Origin: Desulfatiglandales bacterium
GTDB taxonomy: Bacteria; Desulfobacterota; DSM-4660; Desulfatiglandales; Desulfatiglandaceae
Direction of reading: 5' to 3'
Assembly: GCA_963662465.1 (NCBI GenBank)
Contig: OY759599.1
Location: forward strand, 6,304,001-6,368,000
Length of the DNA: 64,000 bases
Each line of letters opens with the position of its first letter. Position 1 is the first letter of the stretch. The notes beneath the pieces were generated by a model. That model ran no database searches, had not been told where the DNA came from, and worked only from the letters and a program-made list of their open reading frames with translations. This document shows, piece after piece, positions 19,380 through 30,299 of the stretch. The position numbers and the translations under genes are program-made.

Positions 19380-21385
19380 CGCATAAGTCTAAATGTTGTG
19401 GGGTTGTATAACCCATCAAAATTAAAAGGCGTTTTCGGTAAACAAGAATGCATTATGAACATTCATAACTTGAATCCAAGGTAAGTCAAATGTTTGGCCG
19501 TTGGCTAATTCAAAGGGACTTTTATGAGCATTTTTTGCGCCAGGTAAAAATGGGACAAAATTCCTGATAGTCGCATGTGCTCGAAAGAAAAGACTTGCCC
19601 ATTTCTTATCTCGAAAACTCTCAATTTGTTTTAGTTTACGTTTGATTCCTTTTAAATAATTGTCAACAATGGAGGTTGTTTGTTTTATCCCATTTCTATT
19701 TTTATGAGAGGTATAATGAGTGGCATTTTCTTTTAATTCTACTACCCTCTTTTTTAGTAATGGATGAGAAAATGCATCGTCATCTAATGCCTTAATCTTT
19801 ACTTCCAAGTTAACTTTAGATGTGGATGTTTTCAAAACTTTCTTAAATTTTTTATAAAGCTTGTCCACTTCTTGGTCGGTACATTTTGATTCTTTTTGAT
19901 ATTTTGATAGTGCATCGTAGAAGTTTTTCAAACAATGACGATGGCAATATCCGACCCAAATGTTATGGAATACGGTCTTGATAGCATTGGTTGAGGCTTT
20001 CCACTTATCTTTTGTTACACCAAGGATTTTGAAGTCGATTTTTTGCAAAAAATCCTCAAATGAACCGCACAGGTTTTCTTCATCAACATGATCAACATAA
20101 TCGGAGTGCCATACTAATAAATTTTCAGGATCGACCATAACTACAGAATAAGTTCTTAAATTTGGTTCTTTTTCAAAGCCCTCATCTTCCTGTAGATATC
20201 CTGAGCCTTTCACTCCTGCTCTTGTTAGTATTGTTGCAGGATGAAGTGTTCCTGCCCATCGATTCCAGTTCAAGATGGTTTGTTTGCTTTTGACACTTTT
20301 TTTGCCAATAATTTTAAGGCTTTCGATGGCTCCTTGAATGCTCGCATTAAAACGGTACATATTCCGAAATACGTGCCCAATAATCTCTATACCAAAATTC
20401 TTTTCCCTTGGGAGAAAGCTGGGAACAAGAGAGAACTTTTGTTTGCACTTCCGGCATTGTATCATGCGGATTGGGAATGTCTGTTGTTCTCCTCCATTCA
20501 TTATTGTTTTTCGAGGATTCCCGCGGAAACCAGATAAAATATATTCTTTAGGTCCAGAACATGTTGAATTATGGCCTGTGTGGTGATCATATTTATCGAG
20601 TTTATCTAATACTTCAATGCGAAACTTCTTACTATCTTTTACGAGAGCATGATAGCTTTCGGTGTTATTATAAGGAAAGATATATGTTTGATTTCCTCGT
20701 TTAGAAACAAGGTCTTCCATTTTCTTTTTTACATTTTCGATTATGGATTTATCAAAAGATTTTAACATCCCTATCTCAAATGCAATACTGATTGTACTAT
20801 CACGACTTTTTACATTATTCAATTTTTTAGTAATATTACTTATCATTGAACGAATTGAATAAAAGATTCTAATTTTCTGTCGATCCCGTTGTGTTTTTGG
20901 AATGCTTTTTTTCCCTTTTATTGGCTTACAAATATCCCATAATTGACTTATTAACCTACCAAGTTCATCAATAAGAGCAGACAATGTTACATAAAAATAT
21001 TGCAATGATTGAAACATCTCCCTTTCATTGATCCATGATCTGATGGCATTAATGCATTTCTCAATTTCAAAGAAAATCTCAGGATACTGTTTTGGATCGT
21101 AATAACATTGTCTTGCAAGTCTGTTTTGAGCTTTGTCCAACATTGTCAAAGCTCTCTTAATATTATTAATCATGTGCAACCTCTCTAATTTAACATAGAC
21201 TGTTGCACTATGATTATGCACACTTATCAAAAAAAGTCCCTAACTTTTTTCCGCTAAGGCGAATTCAGGAAAAAATGTTTGGCCTCACGAAATGCGCTTT
21301 GATTAGGATATTGATTCTGAACCGTTTAACAGATGAAATAATTTCAATATGTTAGAGTAAACCCCACAACATTTAGACTTATGCG
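19380..21385 (-). mobile_element. Unclassified 2006-bp IS, copy 1 (intact transposase)
   Basis: Perfect 26-bp TIR CGCATAAGTCTAAATGTTGTGGGGTT at both ends; flanks do not match (no TSD). Confidence 0.92.
19422..21230 (-). CDS. Putative DDE-type transposase (IS256/ISH6/Mutator-like CxxH motif), about 580-600 aa
   Basis: Fills the TIR-bounded element; CRKC zinc-ribbon motif, QEDEG, VTKDKW, YCHRH, TTSIVDNY..IKRKLK..ESFR, SPFELA. Confidence 0.8.
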   Translation of the reverse strand: MISVHNHSATVYVKLERLHMINNIKRALTMLDKAQNRLARQCYYDPKQYPEIFFEIEKCINAIRSWINEREMFQSLQYFYVTLSALIDELGRLISQLWDICKPIKGKKSIPKTQRDRQKIRIFYSIRSMISNITKKLNNVKSRDSTISIAFEIGMLKSFDKSIIENVKKKMEDLVSKRGNQTYIFPYNNTESYHALVKDSKKFRIEVLDKLDKYDHHTGHNSTCSGPKEYILSGFRGNPRKTIMNGGEQQTFPIRMIQCRKCKQKFSLVPSFLPREKNFGIEIIGHVFRNMYRFNASIQGAIESLKIIGKKSVKSKQTILNWNRWAGTLHPATILTRAGVKGSGYLQEDEGFEKEPNLRTYSVVMVDPENLLVWHSDYVDHVDEENLCGSFEDFLQKIDFKILGVTKDKWKASTNAIKTVFHNIWVGYCHRHCLKNFYDALSKYQKESKCTDQEVDKLYKKFKKVLKTSTSKVNLEVKIKALDDDAFSHPLLKKRVVELKENATHYTSHKNRNGIKQTTSIVDNYLKGIKRKLKQIESFRDKKWASLFFRAHATIRNFVPFLPGAKNAHKSPFELANGQTFDLPWIQVMNVHNAFLFTENAF

Positions 21386-21853
21386 GTCCTTCATATGTTC
21401 CAGGCTATGCCACATGGTAATGCAGTCAAAGCACTCGGTATGATCTATCTCATTGAGCGTATGCTTTACATCAAGGCCGAAAATTCTCACCGGACGCGGA
21501 TTGATTTCCGTCCCCATGACTTTCCATCCCGCCGCTCTTGCCGCAAGCAAAAAGGAACCGTCACCACACCCGATATCAAGCAATCGTTTTTCAGTTGTGT
21601 TATCCACTGTACGTTCGATAAACCGGAGGCGTTGTCTTGTACGAAACTTTGAGGTCACGCCGTGACGGCTGCCTTAATAGTGGTTTTCATAATACCGAGT
21701 CAAGTTGGCAGGGTAGGGACTGGTATGTCCGAGCCCGCATTTTGTACAACCTAAAATGGCGAAAGACTCGCTTGTTATGGGGTCGCGAACTTCACTGAAA
21801 CGGGGAAGTAACCTACCATTACATACGTTGCAAGACTGGTGCGTCGAATTCAT
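21386..21853 (-). pseudogene. SAM methyltransferase with N-terminal Zn-finger; internal stop and truncated by the IS
   Basis: MNSTHQSCNVC..CTKCGLG..HY*GSRH..LLDIGCGDG..WHSLEH, then the IS TIR. Confidence 0.8.
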
Positions 21854-22632
21854 TCATCCAACCTGGGAAACAATTTCGAGGAGATGATTTTCATCTTGGC
21901 CATACGAAAAATAAAGGCAGTCAACAGGCATCCAAAACCGTATTTTATGCTTTTGGTCAAATTGATAGAAGACGCTTCGGCAAAATACTTTGTTGGGCAA
22001 CTGATTTCAGCCACAGTATATCCCATCCAGATAACCTGTGTCAGCATCTGATTGTCAAACACAAAATCATTTGAATTATTTTCAATTGGAAGCTTTTCGA
22101 GCAGTTCACGGGAAAAGGCCCGGTAACCGGTGTGGTATTCGGATAATTTGGCCCCTGTAAGAATGTTTTCGACAAAAGTGAGAAAACGATTGGCGATATA
22201 TTTCCACAGCGGCATGCCGCTTTTTAATGCAGATCCACCCAGGATTCTGGACCCCAAAACACAATGATAAAGGCCGTTGCCGATCATTGAAGTCATTGCG
22301 GGAATCAGTTTAGGCGTATACTGATAGTCAGGATGAACCATGATGATGATATCGGCTTTTGTTTTCAAAATGATATTATAGCATGACTTTTGATTGCCGC
22401 CGTATCCCAGATTCCGGGAATGTTTATGAACGATAGTCTTGGGAAGTTCTTGAGCGATTTTGACCGTCTCGTCCTGACTTGCATCGTCGACGATGACGAC
22501 CAGATCGACGATCTCCTGATCCATCACTTCGCTATATGTTTTCTGTAGCGTTTTCGCCGCATTGTACGCGGGCATTGCCACAACAACTTTCTTATCCTTG
22601 TACACAAAATACCTCTGACGATAGTGGCTCAC
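21850..22632 (-). CDS. Glycosyltransferase family 2 (DPM synthase-like)
   Basis: VAMPAYNAA, VDDASQD, NLGYGGNQK, HPDYQY. Confidence 0.9.
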   Translation of the reverse strand: MSHYRQRYFVYKDKKVVVAMPAYNAAKTLQKTYSEVMDQEIVDLVVIVDDASQDETVKIAQELPKTIVHKHSRNLGYGGNQKSCYNIILKTKADIIIMVHPDYQYTPKLIPAMTSMIGNGLYHCVLGSRILGGSALKSGMPLWKYIANRFLTFVENILTGAKLSEYHTGYRAFSRELLEKLPIENNSNDFVFDNQMLTQVIWMGYTVAEISCPTKYFAEASSINLTKSIKYGFGCLLTAFIFRMAKMKIISSKLFPRLDE

Positions 22633-22900
22633 ATTTCTGTTCTATACATCTCAAAATGCCGGTAAACTTTCGATTTCCAAAAAGCTGTACAGAAAATATC
22701 GTTTTTTGTCACTTTTAGCAAGTTTAAGGTATTTGCTTTGAAAGGCTATGAAAAGTTTTTTGTTCTTTTCGGAATTTCTTGTGGAAATGGCGGCCTCCAC
22801 AGGTTATTTACTTAATTCAAAAGGGGTGTTATGGTTAGCCCCTGAGTGTCTGATATTCTCCAAGGAGCCGCTGATCAACATAAATTCAGCTTTGGACCGT

Positions 22901-23578
22901 ATGACTCATTTTTTACCGCGCCTTTCGAAGAGCCGAACACAGAGCGCTATTCTTGCGGGCTTTGCCTTGATAATCATCCTCCTGGCTATGGTGTGGGTAC
23001 GGACCTTTTATGGTTCAATGAAAACCTACCAGAAAGGCGAAATCCATTTTAAGGCAAATCAGTACATCAACGCAATTACATTCTATGACCGTTCAATCCA
23101 CTGGTATACGCCATTCAATCCTTACGTTCACAAATCGGCCCGCCATCTGTGGGAAATTAGCATGGATGCTCAGGCAAGGGGGGATATTCGCCTGGCACTA
23201 ATTGCAGTCAAAACAATCAAGCGGGGATTTGTCGCTGCAAGGAGCTTTTACACGCCGGGCAGGGATTGGATCGAAAAATGCGACATAAGAATGTCTGAGC
23301 TTTTGAAATTTGAACAAGGTAAGAAAAATCATCTAAAACGAGAGGGAAAAGTGGAAGTCTTACTCCTTGACAACCCACAGGTAAAAGGCCCTGACATCCT
23401 ATGGAGCATCATTTTGCTTATCGGTCTCCTGGGATGGATCGGATCTGCCATTGGGTTTATCATTTCAAGGTTCCGAACCTCCAACCCCTCAGGGTTGTTA
23501 AGCTTTTCTAATTTCAAGTGGGTATTGTTCTGGGCTGTCTTCTTTGCAATCTGGATTGTTGGGATGATGAAGGCTTAG
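22901..23578 (+). CDS. Hypothetical membrane protein with a TPR-like soluble segment (start uncertain; ORF is open from 22748)
   Basis: One N-terminal and two C-terminal TM helices, HWYTPFNPY motif. Confidence 0.65.
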   Translation: MTHFLPRLSKSRTQSAILAGFALIIILLAMVWVRTFYGSMKTYQKGEIHFKANQYINAITFYDRSIHWYTPFNPYVHKSARHLWEISMDAQARGDIRLALIAVKTIKRGFVAARSFYTPGRDWIEKCDIRMSELLKFEQGKKNHLKREGKVEVLLLDNPQVKGPDILWSIILLIGLLGWIGSAIGFIISRFRTSNPSGLLSFSNFKWVLFWAVFFAIWIVGMMKA

Positions 23579-23649
23579 CGCGGCCTTTAACTCTTAGGCA
23601 AACCAATAAAATGACCGATAATTTTACATTTTAGAGAGCAGGTGGATCA

Positions 23650-24534
23650 ATGGAGAAAATCAAAGAATCTGATGTTTCCGTCATCATCCCGGCCCACAAT
23701 GAAGCCCGGCACATTGGCAATGTGGTTTCCCATGTTATGGCCCTTCATCCCGATTTTGAAATTATTGTCATTGATGATGGTTCAACGGACGGTACGGGAG
23801 ATATGGCTCGTGAGGCCGGGGCCATTGTTTACCGGCATCCCTACAATATCGGCAACGGGGCCGCCATCAAGAGCGGTGTTCGGATTGCATCGGGCCGGGT
23901 TCTGGTGTTCATGGATGCGGATGGACAGCATGATCCCGCGGACCTGGCTCAACTGATTCAATATTTTCCGGAATTCGATATGGTGGTGGGCGCCAGGCCC
24001 GGGGGAACGCAGGATTCAAAGATCAGGGCCTTGGGAAATCGGACATACAATCGTTTGGCTTCCTACGTGACAAATTTTCCCATCCGGGATTTGACCTCGG
24101 GTTTCAGGGCCATTAAGTCGGATCTGGCGCGAAATCTGCTCTATCTTTTGCCCAATACCTACTCTTATCCCACAACCATGACGTTGGGAATCCTCAGGTC
24201 CGGCAAGAGTGTAAAATATGTGAAAATCAATATTCAGTCGAGAAAGACGGGGAAAAGTGAGATTCGGATTGTTAAGGATGGCGTCCGGTTTTTTATGATC
24301 ATTGTCAGGATATGCACCTTTTATTCCCCTCTTAAGATTTTTCTCCCCACAAGTATGGGCCTTTTTCTGGTGGGTCTTTCCTATTATGCCTATACATTCC
24401 TTACTTCCGGTCGATTTACCAACATGAGCGCTCTTCTGTTTACGACGTCTATTTTGATTTTTATGCTGGGCTTGATTTCCGAACAGATCAGCCAGATGCG
24501 ATTTGAGAAGAGTGAAGGGGATCGGTTTGTTTGA
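23650..24534 (+). CDS. Glycosyltransferase family 2 with C-terminal TM helices
   Basis: IIPAHNE, IDDGSTD, MDADGQH, DLTSGFR. Confidence 0.9.
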   Translation: MEKIKESDVSVIIPAHNEARHIGNVVSHVMALHPDFEIIVIDDGSTDGTGDMAREAGAIVYRHPYNIGNGAAIKSGVRIASGRVLVFMDADGQHDPADLAQLIQYFPEFDMVVGARPGGTQDSKIRALGNRTYNRLASYVTNFPIRDLTSGFRAIKSDLARNLLYLLPNTYSYPTTMTLGILRSGKSVKYVKINIQSRKTGKSEIRIVKDGVRFFMIIVRICTFYSPLKIFLPTSMGLFLVGLSYYAYTFLTSGRFTNMSALLFTTSILIFMLGLISEQISQMRFEKSEGDRFV

Positions 24535-24539
24535 ATCCA

Positions 24540-24730
24540 AACTCGCTGGAAGATTTCTACCAGCCCGGCAGGGATTGGATGAAAAAATGCGACCGGAGGA
24601 TTTTTACCTCCAAAAAGTTGCCCGGAAGAAAAGGGTGCATTCAATTGATGAAACCCCGGGTAAAAGCGCGATACTGGAAGACCCTCAGGTCAGGGGGCTG
24701 GGTATCTTGGGGATGGTAAAGGCTTAGCGT
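24540..24730 (+). pseudogene. Degenerate partial copy of the 3' part of the 22901-23578 gene
   Basis: GGCAGGGATTGGAT..AAAAATGCGAC and GGGATG..AAGGCTTAGCG match about 23258-23284 and 23561-23580. Confidence 0.6.
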
Positions 24731-24805
24731 GTTTCAAACACGATTCTGCTGTCCACGGAATTCTCGTATCAATGGCAAAATATTTGGGCTTTTTTCCGGA
24801 TCGAT

Positions 24806-26065
24806 TCAGGAGAGCAACCAGTGAACGGGAATGTTCCAGATCCGTTCCTCAAGCTTTTTGATGGAATTTGACATATTCAGCAAAAGGCCGACATTGTTTT
24901 CATTGAGGGAAACAAATTTCCGCAGGTGTCGAATATCGACGCCATGTGGGGTGTCCCGCTGCTTGATTTCACTATAAAACGTTAACCCGTTCTCAATATT
25001 CTTGAAAACAGCATCTGCTTCTACGCCGGTTGATGTCCTGGCAAAATAGATATCCTCACGAAGTGTTTCCTGGTAGACTCCTTTTCGCAATTCTGAAATA
25101 ACCGCGTTTTCAAAGCAGTTCCCATCTTCCATCCTGAAATTGTTCATCAACGATCTGAAAATCCCGGTATCAATGAAATACCATTTTGGCATTTTTTTCA
25201 TGCGCTTGCCGATGTTCTCGAAAAATGGCAAACTGGACCAGGCAACAAAAAGCTGACGATAATAGTTCATGAATCTGCGGATTGTATCGGCTGAAAGCGC
25301 GCAATCTCTTGCGAGTTCACTGATGTTCATCAATGATCCGACACGTGTGGCAAAGAGCAGCTCAAACCGTTCAAATGATTCCTGGTTTCTCAAATCAACG
25401 ATTTCTCTCAAATCCGTGTCAAGGTAGGTCTGACGGTAATTATTGAGCCATTGCCTGCGATCTTCCGGATTTGTCCGTGTCAGGAATTCGGGATAGCCGC
25501 CATACAATGTAAATTCGCGAAATTTTTCTGACAGCATGTTTGATTGTTTTGCTGGAAGATAAAATTCCGACAGTTCTGTTTCGACGTCCTTTACCGATGG
25601 CGCATATAATAGTTTTTTCAGCAAAGACTGCTCAGAGTGACTGACAAGTTCTCTGAATGACAAGGGGAACAGGGTATAAACAGAAACCCTTCCCGCCAAT
25701 GATTCTTTGATTCTCCGGTTCAGCAGAAGGTGATTTGAACCTGTGATGAGAAACCGGCCCTTTCTTTCAGGTTGGATGTCGACTTGAAGTTGAATTAGCT
25801 CAATAAGGCTCGGCATCTGTTGTACTTCATCTAAAACAATGAGGTGTTTCCCAAAGTACTCAAATTCTTTTCGAGCGTTTGCTGCCAATGCCTGTCGGGT
25901 GTCCGGATCCTTGAGATTGTAGTACTGGATGTCAAGATCACTTTTGATGAGATGCTGTGACAGGGTGGTTTTTCCTGCCTGACGGGGACCCATAATCGCA
26001 GTGACACGGTCAATTTTCAACGAATGCTGGATATGCCGCGTCAAATCCCTCGAAAGTAAATTCAC
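24806..26065 (-). CDS. AAA+ ATPase (AAA_14 + DUF4143)
   Basis: GPRQAGKT, LDEVQ, ITGS, ESLAGR, GGYP, PKWYFIDTG. Confidence 0.9.
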   Translation of the reverse strand: MNLLSRDLTRHIQHSLKIDRVTAIMGPRQAGKTTLSQHLIKSDLDIQYYNLKDPDTRQALAANARKEFEYFGKHLIVLDEVQQMPSLIELIQLQVDIQPERKGRFLITGSNHLLLNRRIKESLAGRVSVYTLFPLSFRELVSHSEQSLLKKLLYAPSVKDVETELSEFYLPAKQSNMLSEKFREFTLYGGYPEFLTRTNPEDRRQWLNNYRQTYLDTDLREIVDLRNQESFERFELLFATRVGSLMNISELARDCALSADTIRRFMNYYRQLFVAWSSLPFFENIGKRMKKMPKWYFIDTGIFRSLMNNFRMEDGNCFENAVISELRKGVYQETLREDIYFARTSTGVEADAVFKNIENGLTFYSEIKQRDTPHGVDIRHLRKFVSLNENNVGLLLNMSNSIKKLEERIWNIPVHWLLS

Positions 26066-26150
26066 TTACCGACCCTCCTTGATATCATTTCGATCCGAAT
26101 GGCTAAATTCTAACGATAGTATCGTCGGATTGCAAGGATAATCCGCGATT

Positions 26151-26580
26151 TTATCGATATTTCTCATTAAGTTTCGCCAGGCGCATATAGCGTCGGTGTA
26201 AATTCGTACCGGACCGACGGGCTCTCAGGTAAGCAGCGAACATTAGTACTCCTATGACTCCGATGAAGGCTGCCCCTCGCTTGAAAAGCCTGCTTCCGAT
26301 GGCGAACACTAAAAGGGTGTTTATGGCTCCGATGAATATCTGAAAGCATTTAATAAAGGGCCAGATTACGCCGAACAACTTGTTCAAAATAGCCAAAAAG
26401 TAGAGATAGAAGGGACTCAGGTTGACCAGCCTTTCTCCAATGTCCACGCCGTTGGCCAGTTTTTCCGCAAAAAAGGGATATTTAATGAATAGGATCGGCA
26501 CGTCAATCCAGATTAGGAAGAATATACGGATGCAAATAGCAGCCCATGGCGTACAGGGTGTAATCCTGCTGTATTGTTTT
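26151..26580 (-). pseudogene. N-terminal remnant of a GT-C/TPR-type membrane protein
   Basis: FIKYPFFAEKL..LSPFYLYFL..FQIFIGAINTLLVF hydrophobic segment, ends early; boundaries approximate. Confidence 0.4.
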
Positions 26581-26846
26581 CAAAGGTAGTCGAATTCCAC
26601 TGGGGCCTGATTACAAGCCCGGAAATGAGAGGTGAAATCGATCATCGCAATACAAATTCATTGATTTATATCGAAAAAATTCTTAGTCTCCGTTAAATAT
26701 TGCCAAATTGTTTTGTTGCATGTTTTGCAGTGGTTGTCCAAAATCTTAAGTGATTGTTATAAATGGATTTATTTGAAAAGATAAAAGAAAAATTTAGAAA
26801 GGGTGAATATGCCGTTAGTGATCATGCCGTCATTGAAGGCAGAAAA

Positions 26847-28851
26847 CGCATAAGTCTAAATGTTGTGGGGTTTACTCTAACATATTGAAATTATTTCATC
26901 TGTTAAACGGTTCCGAATCAATATCCTAATCAAAGCGCATTTCGTGAGGCCAAACATTTTTTCCTGAATTCGCCTTAGCGGAAAAAAGTTAGGGACTTTT
27001 TTTGATAAGTGTGCATAATCATAGTGCAACAGTCTATGTTAAATTAGAGAGGTTGCACATGATTAATAATATTAAGAGAGCTTTGACAATGTTGGACAAA
27101 GCTCAAAACAGACTTGCAAGACAATGTTATTACGATCCAAAACAGTATCCTGAGATTTTCTTTGAAATTGAGAAATGCATTAATGCCATCAGATCATGGA
27201 TCAATGAAAGGGAGATGTTTCAATCATTGCAATATTTTTATGTAACATTGTCTGCTCTTATTGATGAACTTGGTAGGTTAATAAGTCAATTATGGGATAT
27301 TTGTAAGCCAATAAAAGGGAAAAAAAGCATTCCAAAAACACAACGGGATCGACAGAAAATTAGAATCTTTTATTCAATTCGTTCAATGATAAGTAATATT
27401 ACTAAAAAATTGAATAATGTAAAAAGTCGTGATAGTACAATCAGTATTGCATTTGAGATAGGGATGTTAAAATCTTTTGATAAATCCATAATCGAAAATG
27501 TAAAAAAGAAAATGGAAGACCTTGTTTCTAAACGAGGAAATCAAACATATATCTTTCCTTATAATAACACCGAAAGCTATCATGCTCTCGTAAAAGATAG
27601 TAAGAAGTTTCGCATTGAAGTATTAGATAAACTCGATAAATATGATCACCACACAGGCCATAATTCAACATGTTCTGGACCTAAAGAATATATTTTATCT
27701 GGTTTCCGCGGGAATCCTCGAAAAACAATAATGAATGGAGGAGAACAACAGACATTCCCAATCCGCATGATACAATGCCGGAAGTGCAAACAAAAGTTCT
27801 CTCTTGTTCCCAGCTTTCTCCCAAGGGAAAAGAATTTTGGTATAGAGATTATTGGGCACGTATTTCGGAATATGTACCGTTTTAATGCGAGCATTCAAGG
27901 AGCCATCGAAAGCCTTAAAATTATTGGCAAAAAAAGTGTCAAAAGCAAACAAACCATCTTGAACTGGAATCGATGGGCAGGAACACTTCATCCTGCAACA
28001 ATACTAACAAGAGCAGGAGTGAAAGGCTCAGGATATCTACAGGAAGATGAGGGCTTTGAAAAAGAACCAAATTTAAGAACTTATTCTGTAGTTATGGTCG
28101 ATCCTGAAAATTTATTAGTATGGCACTCCGATTATGTTGATCATGTTGATGAAGAAAACCTGTGCGGTTCATTTGAGGATTTTTTGCAAAAAATCGACTT
28201 CAAAATCCTTGGTGTAACAAAAGATAAGTGGAAAGCCTCAACCAATGCTATCAAGACCGTATTCCATAACATTTGGGTCGGATATTGCCTCGTCATTGTT
28301 TGAAAAACTTCTACGATGCACTATCAAAATATCAAAAAGAATCAAAATGTACCGACCAAGAAGTGGACAAGCTTTATAAAAAATTTAAGAAAGTTTTGAA
28401 AACATCCACATCTAAAGTTAACTTGGAAGTAAAGATTAAGGCATTAGATGACGATGCATTTTCTCATCCATTACTAAAAAAGAGGGTAGTAGAATTAAAA
28501 GAAAATGCCACTCATTATACCTCTCATAAAAATAGAAATGGGATAAAACAAACAACCTCCATTGTTGACAATTATTTAAAAGGAATCAAACGTAAACTAA
28601 AACAAATTGAGAGTTTTCGAGATAAGAAATGGGCAAGTCTTTTCTTTCGAGCACATGCGACTATCAGGAATTTTGTCCCATTTTTACCTGGCGCAAAAAA
28701 TGCTCATAAAAGTCCCTTTGAATTAGCCAACGGCCAAACATTTGACTTACCTTGGATTCAAGTTATGAATGTTCATAATGCATTCTTGTTTACCGAAAAC
28801 GCCTTTTAATTTTGATGGGTTATACAACCCCACAACATTTAGACTTATGCG
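26847..28851 (+). mobile_element. Unclassified IS, copy 2 (2005 bp), inverted relative to copy 1
   Basis: Same 26-bp TIRs; 8-bp TSD GCAGAAAA at 26839-26846 and 28852-28859. Confidence 0.93.
27002..28809 (+). pseudogene. Transposase of IS copy 2, frameshifted by a 1-bp deletion near 28289
   Basis: TGCC-TCGTCAT versus TGCCATCGTCAT in copy 1; splits the ORF into 433 + 178 aa within the CHRH motif. Confidence 0.85.
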
Positions 28852-29089
28852 GCAGAAAAGATGGTATTGCGCCAAAAACAGTTGCCAGGAATCGGAGAAG
28901 CTGTTGCTGATGTGAATGAAATGCGCTTTCTGACTCAGCGCTGACCCGCATACCATCAATAAACCTTTTCGCCATCAAGCCCACAGTATCTACAAGCCTG
29001 GAATAAGCAGGAGTTGCCTGCTCTTGAACAGAAAGTTGTTTATTATGCGTGGTTTGGCATAGGATAAGAAGATAAATGGGGGGTGTTCT

Positions 29090-29413
29090 ATGGTGCGTGG
29101 CAAGGTATTCCAGTGTGAGATCACCGTCTCTTCAGGTGTGAAGGATAAGCTACTGATAAAACACAATATTGAAATTTGGGAACTGGAAGAAGTCATATAC
29201 GACGACAAACACGCTTTCTCAATTTCACACAGCGACTGCTATTTCGTGTATGGACAAACTTTTGCAGGCAGATACTTGCTGGTACTCGTCAGAGTTCTCT
29301 CCCAAGAAGAAGTCCACAAACTTGGGCTGGAGGTTGGGCGTAGTTTCGTGAAAATCATAACCGCCAGGGATAGAAACCAAAGGAAAATTTATCTCAAGAG
29401 AAAAGGAGGTTAG
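29090..29413 (+). CDS. BrnT-like toxin
   Basis: KLLIKHNI..ELEEV, YGQTFAGRYLLV, IITARD. Confidence 0.75.
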   Translation: MVRGKVFQCEITVSSGVKDKLLIKHNIEIWELEEVIYDDKHAFSISHSDCYFVYGQTFAGRYLLVLVRVLSQEEVHKLGLEVGRSFVKIITARDRNQRKIYLKRKGG

Positions 29414-29415
29414 CT

Positions 29416-29688
29416 ATGGGGAAACCATCAGAAAATGTAGCTGATTTGCCCGAAATGGACGATGCACAATTGGCGCAATTTTGGGATCGACACGAGCCTG
29501 AGGATTTTAATGGCTGGGAAGAGGGAGGCTTGAACTTCCAGCGTCCACCCAAGAAACTCATTCAGTTGAGGCTCGAACCGAGAGATGTCAGACTTATTGA
29601 TAAGGAGTCAAAACGTACCGGAATTGAACGTTCACAGCTTGTGCGAGCATGGGTGAAAGAGAAAATTGAACAGCTACTTGACGCTTAA
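29416..29688 (+). CDS. BrnA/CopG-like antitoxin
   Basis: QFWDRHE motif and C-terminal ribbon-helix-helix (IQLRL..LVRAWVKEKI). Confidence 0.75.
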   Translation: MGKPSENVADLPEMDDAQLAQFWDRHEPEDFNGWEEGGLNFQRPPKKLIQLRLEPRDVRLIDKESKRTGIERSQLVRAWVKEKIEQLLDA

Positions 29689-30078
29689 GTAAGCTATCTC
29701 AAATTGTTCAGTCTGCATGCTTAGGGTTTTCACCGCTCGGAGCTCGCAGAGCTTGAAAATATTTTTGTTTTTGCTGCCCACACATTTCTTCGATCTGTGA
29801 CAAAGAACGTATAATTTGCCAGTGGCAGAGTATTGATTTCTCGCACCACTCTTTCTATTCAGTCTAGGCGATCGGCGCTACCCTTTTAAAATTCAAGTGC
29901 GCCGAACTTTTTTCGTGCATTTTCCAGAGGCCGGCGGGTTCTCAGATTCTGTAAAAAACGGCTCCCAAAAGCCCACAATTGGAATGATTGACTGATTCGC
30001 ATTTGGATATTACAATATCGCAACATAAGAAAGCAGGGATGGGGTTCCACTCCTCAATCTATTTGATCGGCGATCGTA

Positions 30079-30150
30079 GTGGAAAAAATAAGGGAATCTG
30101 ATGTCTCCGCTATCATTCCGGCGCATAATGAAGCCAACAATATTGAAAAG
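30079..30150 (+). pseudogene. Fragment paralogous to the N-terminus of the GT2 at 23650
   Basis: VEKIRESDVSAIIPAHNEA versus MEKIKESDVSVIIPAHNEA. Confidence 0.7.
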
Positions 30151-30299
30151 ATGGAAGAAAAGGGGCTGGTCCATAAAGTGGGGAGCTGCCCCCATGCGCG
30201 ATTTACGCCCGATTTCGCTTGCATCGCTAATAATAGACCCTTATAATCCTCTCACCTTGCAGAAAACAAGCCCCTGTTACAGGCGTATTCAAAATTAAA

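Larger units (their letters stand above)
26762..28915 (+). pseudogene. Small DUF4258-like toxin gene interrupted by IS copy 2
   Basis: MDLFEKIKEKFRKGEYAVSDHAVIEGRK | DGIAPK rejoins in frame when the IS and one TSD copy are removed. Confidence 0.55.

Noticed and set aside
21674..21682. Stop-codon readthrough in the methyltransferase
   Set aside because: The stop is TAA and the gene is also truncated by the IS, so it is a pseudogene
28273..28303. Programmed frameshift in the transposase of IS copy 2
   Set aside because: Copy 1 is contiguous; this is a 1-bp deletion with no slippery run (mutation or sequencing error)
19380..28851. Composite transposon or invertible segment bounded by the two inverted IS copies
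   Set aside because: Copy 2 has its own TSD on both sides and the outer flanks share no duplication, indicating independent insertions
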